Of a stretch of 64,000 nucleotides of DNA, positions 60,797 through 64,000 are shown piece after piece (position 1 is the stretch's first letter; the number at the start of each line of letters is the position of its first letter). The notes under the pieces are model-generated. The model had not been told where the DNA came from, did no database searches, and worked only from the letters and a program-made list of their open reading frames with translations. The DNA is from Nemertoderma westbladi (taxonomy: Eukaryota > Animalia > Xenacoelomorpha). Location of the stretch: the NCBI GenBank assembly GCA_032718475.1, contig JAUCBJ010001237.1, positions 1 to 64,000 on the forward strand, in the 5' to 3' direction. A program made the position numbers and the translations under genes.

Positions 60797-61200
60797 TACT
60801 ACTACTACTAGGTCGAGCGAACTCGGACAGTGGAAATGAGATCCTTCCAGGCTTCCAGATTCTCCACAGTTGTCGCAATTTCGTTTCTCCCAAGTTCAGT
60901 ATCCCTTTCAAGTTGATCTATATATGTTATAGCCGGTCGTCCACTGGTACGCTTTCAATGAGTTGGTTGCCAGAGAAGTAGATCTGGTAGGACCTCGTCT
61001 TTACTTCGCCAGCAGTGCCCACTGAATCTTAATCTGCGTTCACGGAGGGTGGTTGATACAGGTGGTCTTGTACCATAAAGCTCGGCATTTGTCATGTGTT
61101 GTCTCCAGCTGATGTTTAGGGCTGCCCTTAGTAGTCTTGTGTAGCAACCATCAATTCATTGGTCAAGTGATTTAGTCAGTGTCCAGGTCTCACCCGTTAG
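60797..61200 (-). mobile_element. RTE-clade LINE 3' fragment
   Basis: ETWTLTK…DGCYTRLLRAALNISW…RLRFSGHCWR…LLWQP with stops; (TAG)n tail. Confidence 0.85.
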
Positions 61201-61499
61201 TCTGTACTGTAGTAGTCCGGTAGTATAAGTTGAGATTATTATCTAGTAGGGGGACCCAGACAGCTTAATACGATACGATACGAGTATTATAAAACTGACA
61301 TGTCTGCATGTTGGTAAAAAGTTTCTACAAAATAGGCCTATACCCCTACTGCACTACTGACAATCTGGCATCTTTAGTCAGCCCTCCAATTGTTAACAAT
61401 TGAGTTGCTCGGAAAACACATTAAAAAAAATATGATGAAAAAAAAGACTGGGGGTGAACCCCCCCCCCCCCCTTAAATGTAACTTCCAGCCACATACAG

Positions 61500-62120
61500 T
61501 AGGCCTAGGCCTACATTCAATAAGTAACTTTACACAATCGTCTCCAGTAAAAATATTTTACCATCGTTGTAAACTAAGGAGAGTGATTTTCGATCTATTC
61601 AAATACACATAAAATCTCAACCTTTCCACACTTCGTTTGGTTTATATCAATTATTAATATGATTAAGAATATTTTTGCAATTGCAAAAAATCAGCATTGA
61701 ATGTTCCTCTTAAATTATTTAATTTATTGTTGCGCCAAAAGACTCGCCCCTTTCTAATGATAGACACCGTGAAATTATTGATGATTGAAACTGAAAATGA
61801 TTGAAACTCACTGATGCCCACCGGCCCAAACATCTGGAACAAACTACCCCCCTCATTAAAAAACTCAGTATCTCGTAAATCGTTGTCTCGAAAACTCAAG
61901 AAACATTTCCTATTCGACCTCGACCTAAAGTAATGATTACTTACTAACGACTGTCCCACTGCCGATTTAATATTACAATTGTATAATGTGTCTAATATCA
62001 CATTACCACTGTATATCTACAGTATGTTGTTCAGTTATAATCAAAACGTTATGCTGTGCTAGGTTTTATATGTAACTAATATACGAGCTCGCGAGGGCTC
62101 GTTGAATTGAATTGAATAAT
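61500..62120 (+). mobile_element. Decayed CR1-group LINE 3' end
   Basis: Plus frame GPNIWNKLPPSLK…RKLKKHFL; (TTGAA)n tail at about 62102-62120. Confidence 0.6.
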
Positions 62121-62581
62121 TGAGTGTTATTTAACAAACACCGTCGACTCCGGGCACGTTGTCACCCCTTATTCAATTGTTTCTCGCCCAACACTTTTTT
62201 CGCGCCCAACCTTATTCACAGAGCTCTTATTTTTTTATCTTTTTTTTTATTTATATCTTTTTACATACATAGGCTTAACCGCTTCTACTTGTACGTTTAA
62301 AAAAACCACAAATTTCCGCTGGTAGATGAAATGAACAGCCACGAATAATAAGATATAGAAAAGTATTAATGTCACAACCACATTTCCAATAATAATTTAA
62401 TTAAATTGGAGATTCGAATTAAAACTTGGCAATGGGTAAATAACTGAAAGTAAAAACCAAGTAAGACAATATTTAAATTAAAAACTTAAGCAAATGGATG
62501 GGGTGTGTGGGGGGAGGGGGGTGTTGTGTTCTGCGTTACATTCTCTGACTTCTGTGTTAACAACTACCCACCCACCTTTAG

Positions 62582-63424
62582 TTATAGTTCAGCTAAGGGC
62601 CTTGTACTATTGTAGTGCTCCCCCAACCCAAACATATGTCTATGGTAAGTTATAACCAGAACGGGTACAGCTTCGCTATTTACTGTAACAACGGGTCCTT
62701 CGGACTGCACAACATCAATGCGAGCCTTCAGCTCGGCGGAGAGCGCGTGAATCTCCGGCTGACCACCCCAGACTGGTTCATTAACGATCCGTCTACAGTA
62801 GGAAGAGAACTCCTCCAGAGTGAGAGGCTCCCCCTCGGAGTCGGTGAGGAACGGGAGGTATTCCTCCGGGTTGGAACGCATCCGTTCCGACGTGCGTTCC
62901 CGCAATGACTCAACGTCCACGGCCTGGATGCCGCGCAACCCGCGGCGCCAGTTCCATTGGTCCCCTACCGCCGCGTACAGACAATCCCCGTCGGACGCGA
63001 TGTCCCGGGGTTCCAACCCTCGGTCCCGGAGGATGCTCGCTATCCTCTCGGTTTCCCGTTGCCGCGGTCCGTTCGCGTCCTCCAGCCGACCCGCCTCTAT
63101 CAGTTTATCGGTTTCCGCCGACTTGGCCGCCTTGCGGTCTCGTCGCTTCTGGGCACGCGTTACTCGCACCCCGTTACATGCGTTAACCTCTTCCGTTTTC
63201 TTGTTATTCGCATCTCCGCTGTCGATATCTAAATCTCGAAGTTCCAGCGAGAGTCTAGCTATAATGGCAGACAGTTTTTTAATGTTTTTCTTGTCAGATT
63301 GTTTACATTCTGCTTTTTTGAGTTCTAATTCTCCTATCCTTGATTCCAACTCAAGTTGAATTTTGTTTTTTAATGATGTCTCGTCTGGTAATAATTCTTG
63401 TTCAATATTATTGTTCTTAGCCAT
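62582..63424 (-). CDS. OTUD6B: OTU-domain deubiquitinase, OTUD6B/Otu2-like
   Basis: RAQKRR linker, SDGDCLY catalytic Cys, WGGQPEI, YHRHMFGLGEHYNS; uninterrupted ORF. Confidence 0.92.
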   Translation of the reverse strand: MAKNNNIEQELLPDETSLKNKIQLELESRIGELELKKAECKQSDKKNIKKLSAIIARLSLELRDLDIDSGDANNKKTEEVNACNGVRVTRAQKRRDRKAAKSAETDKLIEAGRLEDANGPRQRETERIASILRDRGLEPRDIASDGDCLYAAVGDQWNWRRGLRGIQAVDVESLRERTSERMRSNPEEYLPFLTDSEGEPLTLEEFSSYCRRIVNEPVWGGQPEIHALSAELKARIDVVQSEGPVVTVNSEAVPVLVITYHRHMFGLGEHYNSTRPLAEL

Positions 63425-64000
63425 GCCACCGTCTTTTTGTCATTACTGCATTAGGGAAGAAAACATCAATTAAAAGGTACCGGTACCAGTAACACCAACA
63501 AACAAAGCCTACATGACTAAGCAAGCCTGCTCTGCAGCCTAGGTACGGTAATATTCTTTTATTTATTTACAACTGATTTATTTATTAACACAATTCAGCA
63601 ATTATTACAGTATTATTAAGAAATAAAACAATAATTGACTGATTGAGGGAGACCACCATGACCTACTATAACACCATGACCGACTATGTTATAGTAGGTC
63701 ATGAGACCACCAAAGGTAAAGACACTAACATGGTGGAATTCACAAAACAAAAATTTCAAATAAAATACCACAAGACAACTAGTTAAGACAATATAGGCCA
63801 GTATAGGGCCCATAGTAAAAACACGTTGTGGGGTCTTCGAGCAGCACGTGTTCAAATGTTCAATGACTGAGCAGCGACTAATTAACAAATTTATGAGAGA
63901 TTCATTGACCAGCTACCGACAGACCAATATTGTGACATATATTTTAGTTTAATGTTTGATTCAATTAGAGGCACAAATTAAAAAGGCTACAAATATATAG

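Noticed and set aside
62615-63359. Plus-strand ORFs over OTUD6B
   Set aside because: Antisense shadows of a GC-rich coding region.
62582-63424. Functional link between host OTUD6B and the Polinton vOTU-like domain
   Set aside because: No visible sequence similarity; 50 kb apart; proximity is most likely coincidental.

Overview
Repeat-rich animal (probably invertebrate) genomic DNA. Three minus-strand exons (52166-52282, 41663-41811, 41-138) splice in frame into a CEP126/KIAA1377-like N-terminus that the ORF track mostly misses. The ~41.5-kb intron between the last two exons holds two arrays (roughly 550-560 copies) of a 36/37-bp satellite that is a tandem amplification of the gene's own exon end plus GTAAGT splice donor. 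Between the arrays lies a CR1-group LINE (PHD-APE-RT), interrupted by a near-intact 15.9-kb Polinton/Maverick with 1.07-kb TIRs and a perfect 6-bp TSD. Besides pPolB, ATPase, integrase, two pentons, major capsid protein and protease, it encodes a TBP-like protein, a protein with a PC4-like segment and an N-terminal zinc-finger module on pPolB. Together these may form an element-encoded transcription toolkit, with the promoter copied inside both TIRs. A minimal type I hammerhead ribozyme sits near the intron 3' end. The rest is nested retro/DNA transposons, SINEs, two further tandem repeats and an OTUD6B gene. All homology calls are by eye from recalled motifs, not database searches.
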